DNA from: Marsupella aquatica
Lineage: Eukaryota > Plantae > Marchantiophyta
Assembly (NCBI GenBank): GCA_973895155.1
Contig: OZ316893.1
Coordinates: 15,902,645 to 15,966,644 of the forward strand
DNA length: 64,000 nucleotides
Direction of reading: 5' to 3'
This document shows positions 63,901-64,000 of this stretch, piece after piece. Within the stretch, counting starts at the first letter, position 1. Each line of letters opens with the position of its first letter. A program made the translations under genes and the position numbers. Below the pieces are notes generated by a model, which was not told where the DNA came from, searched no databases, and was given only the letters and a program-made list of their open reading frames with translations.

Positions 63901-64000
63901 GTAAATCGAGCTTTGAATATGTCTGCAGTGGTAGGTTCCATGTAACGGATGATTGATGTAGAGTCGAATCCCACATAGATGCCTTTTCTTCTCTGAAGTC
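60924..64000 (-). mobile_element. Copia-2: Bianca-like Copia, 3' part (short ~138-bp putative LTR 60924-61061)
   Basis: TG at 60924, CA at 61060-61061, PPT (CTCCCCCTT on plus strand) adjacent; SHIPAANTP and YLSAIGALM typical of Bianca-like pol. Confidence 0.85.
61630..64000 (-). pseudogene. Copia-2 pol (integrase C-terminus, RT, RNase H; in-frame stop at 63042-63044)
   Basis: YKARLVAKGYTQ; SLYGLKQSGR; YVDDL; GYADAGY; TSSNHSE; KHIAP. Confidence 0.93.

Larger units (their letters stand above)
34658..64000. mobile_element. MULE-3: giant Mutator-like element extending beyond the window end; hosts the CACTA and two Copia insertions
   Basis: Transposase (minus) and divergent ParB-MTase-like gene (plus) as in MULE-1; palindrome CTAGCGAGATCGCTAG from 36153 to 60821; left end inferred from GGGTAATTG...GCAAACAGTA similarity to the MITE end. 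Confidence 0.7.

Overview
Eukaryotic, intron-containing window that is almost entirely transposable elements. It is plant-like, and a bryophyte/liverwort origin is my inference. I found no convincing intact host gene; the window is a deep nest of elements whose borders can mostly be read from target-site duplications (TSDs). Three related giant Mutator-like elements (MULEs) dominate. MULE-1 (810-26806) is complete, has a 9-bp TSD CATCCGGGC and splits a LINE. MULE-2 (~27535-33277) is present only as its right part. MULE-3 runs from ~34658 past the window end. MULE-1 and MULE-3 carry a GCM-like Zn finger/DDE/SWIM transposase. All three carry a homologous spliced gene with an N-terminal ParB/Srx-like domain (FDGNHR) and a C-terminal beta-class N4C/N6A DNA-methyltransferase-like fold with a degenerate catalytic motif. 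Each element is studded with its own palindrome (7-3-7, 7-1-7 or 7-2-7) in non-coding DNA and introns, suggesting a ParB/parS-like or VANC-like self-recognition system. Nested inside are LINEs, a 3.8-kb ORF-containing solo-LTR-like unit, a MULE-type MITE, a 10-kb CACTA element carrying a SET-domain gene, a complete Copia element and a partial Bianca-like Copia. Most ORFs are decayed. All domain calls are by-eye motif recognition, not database searches.
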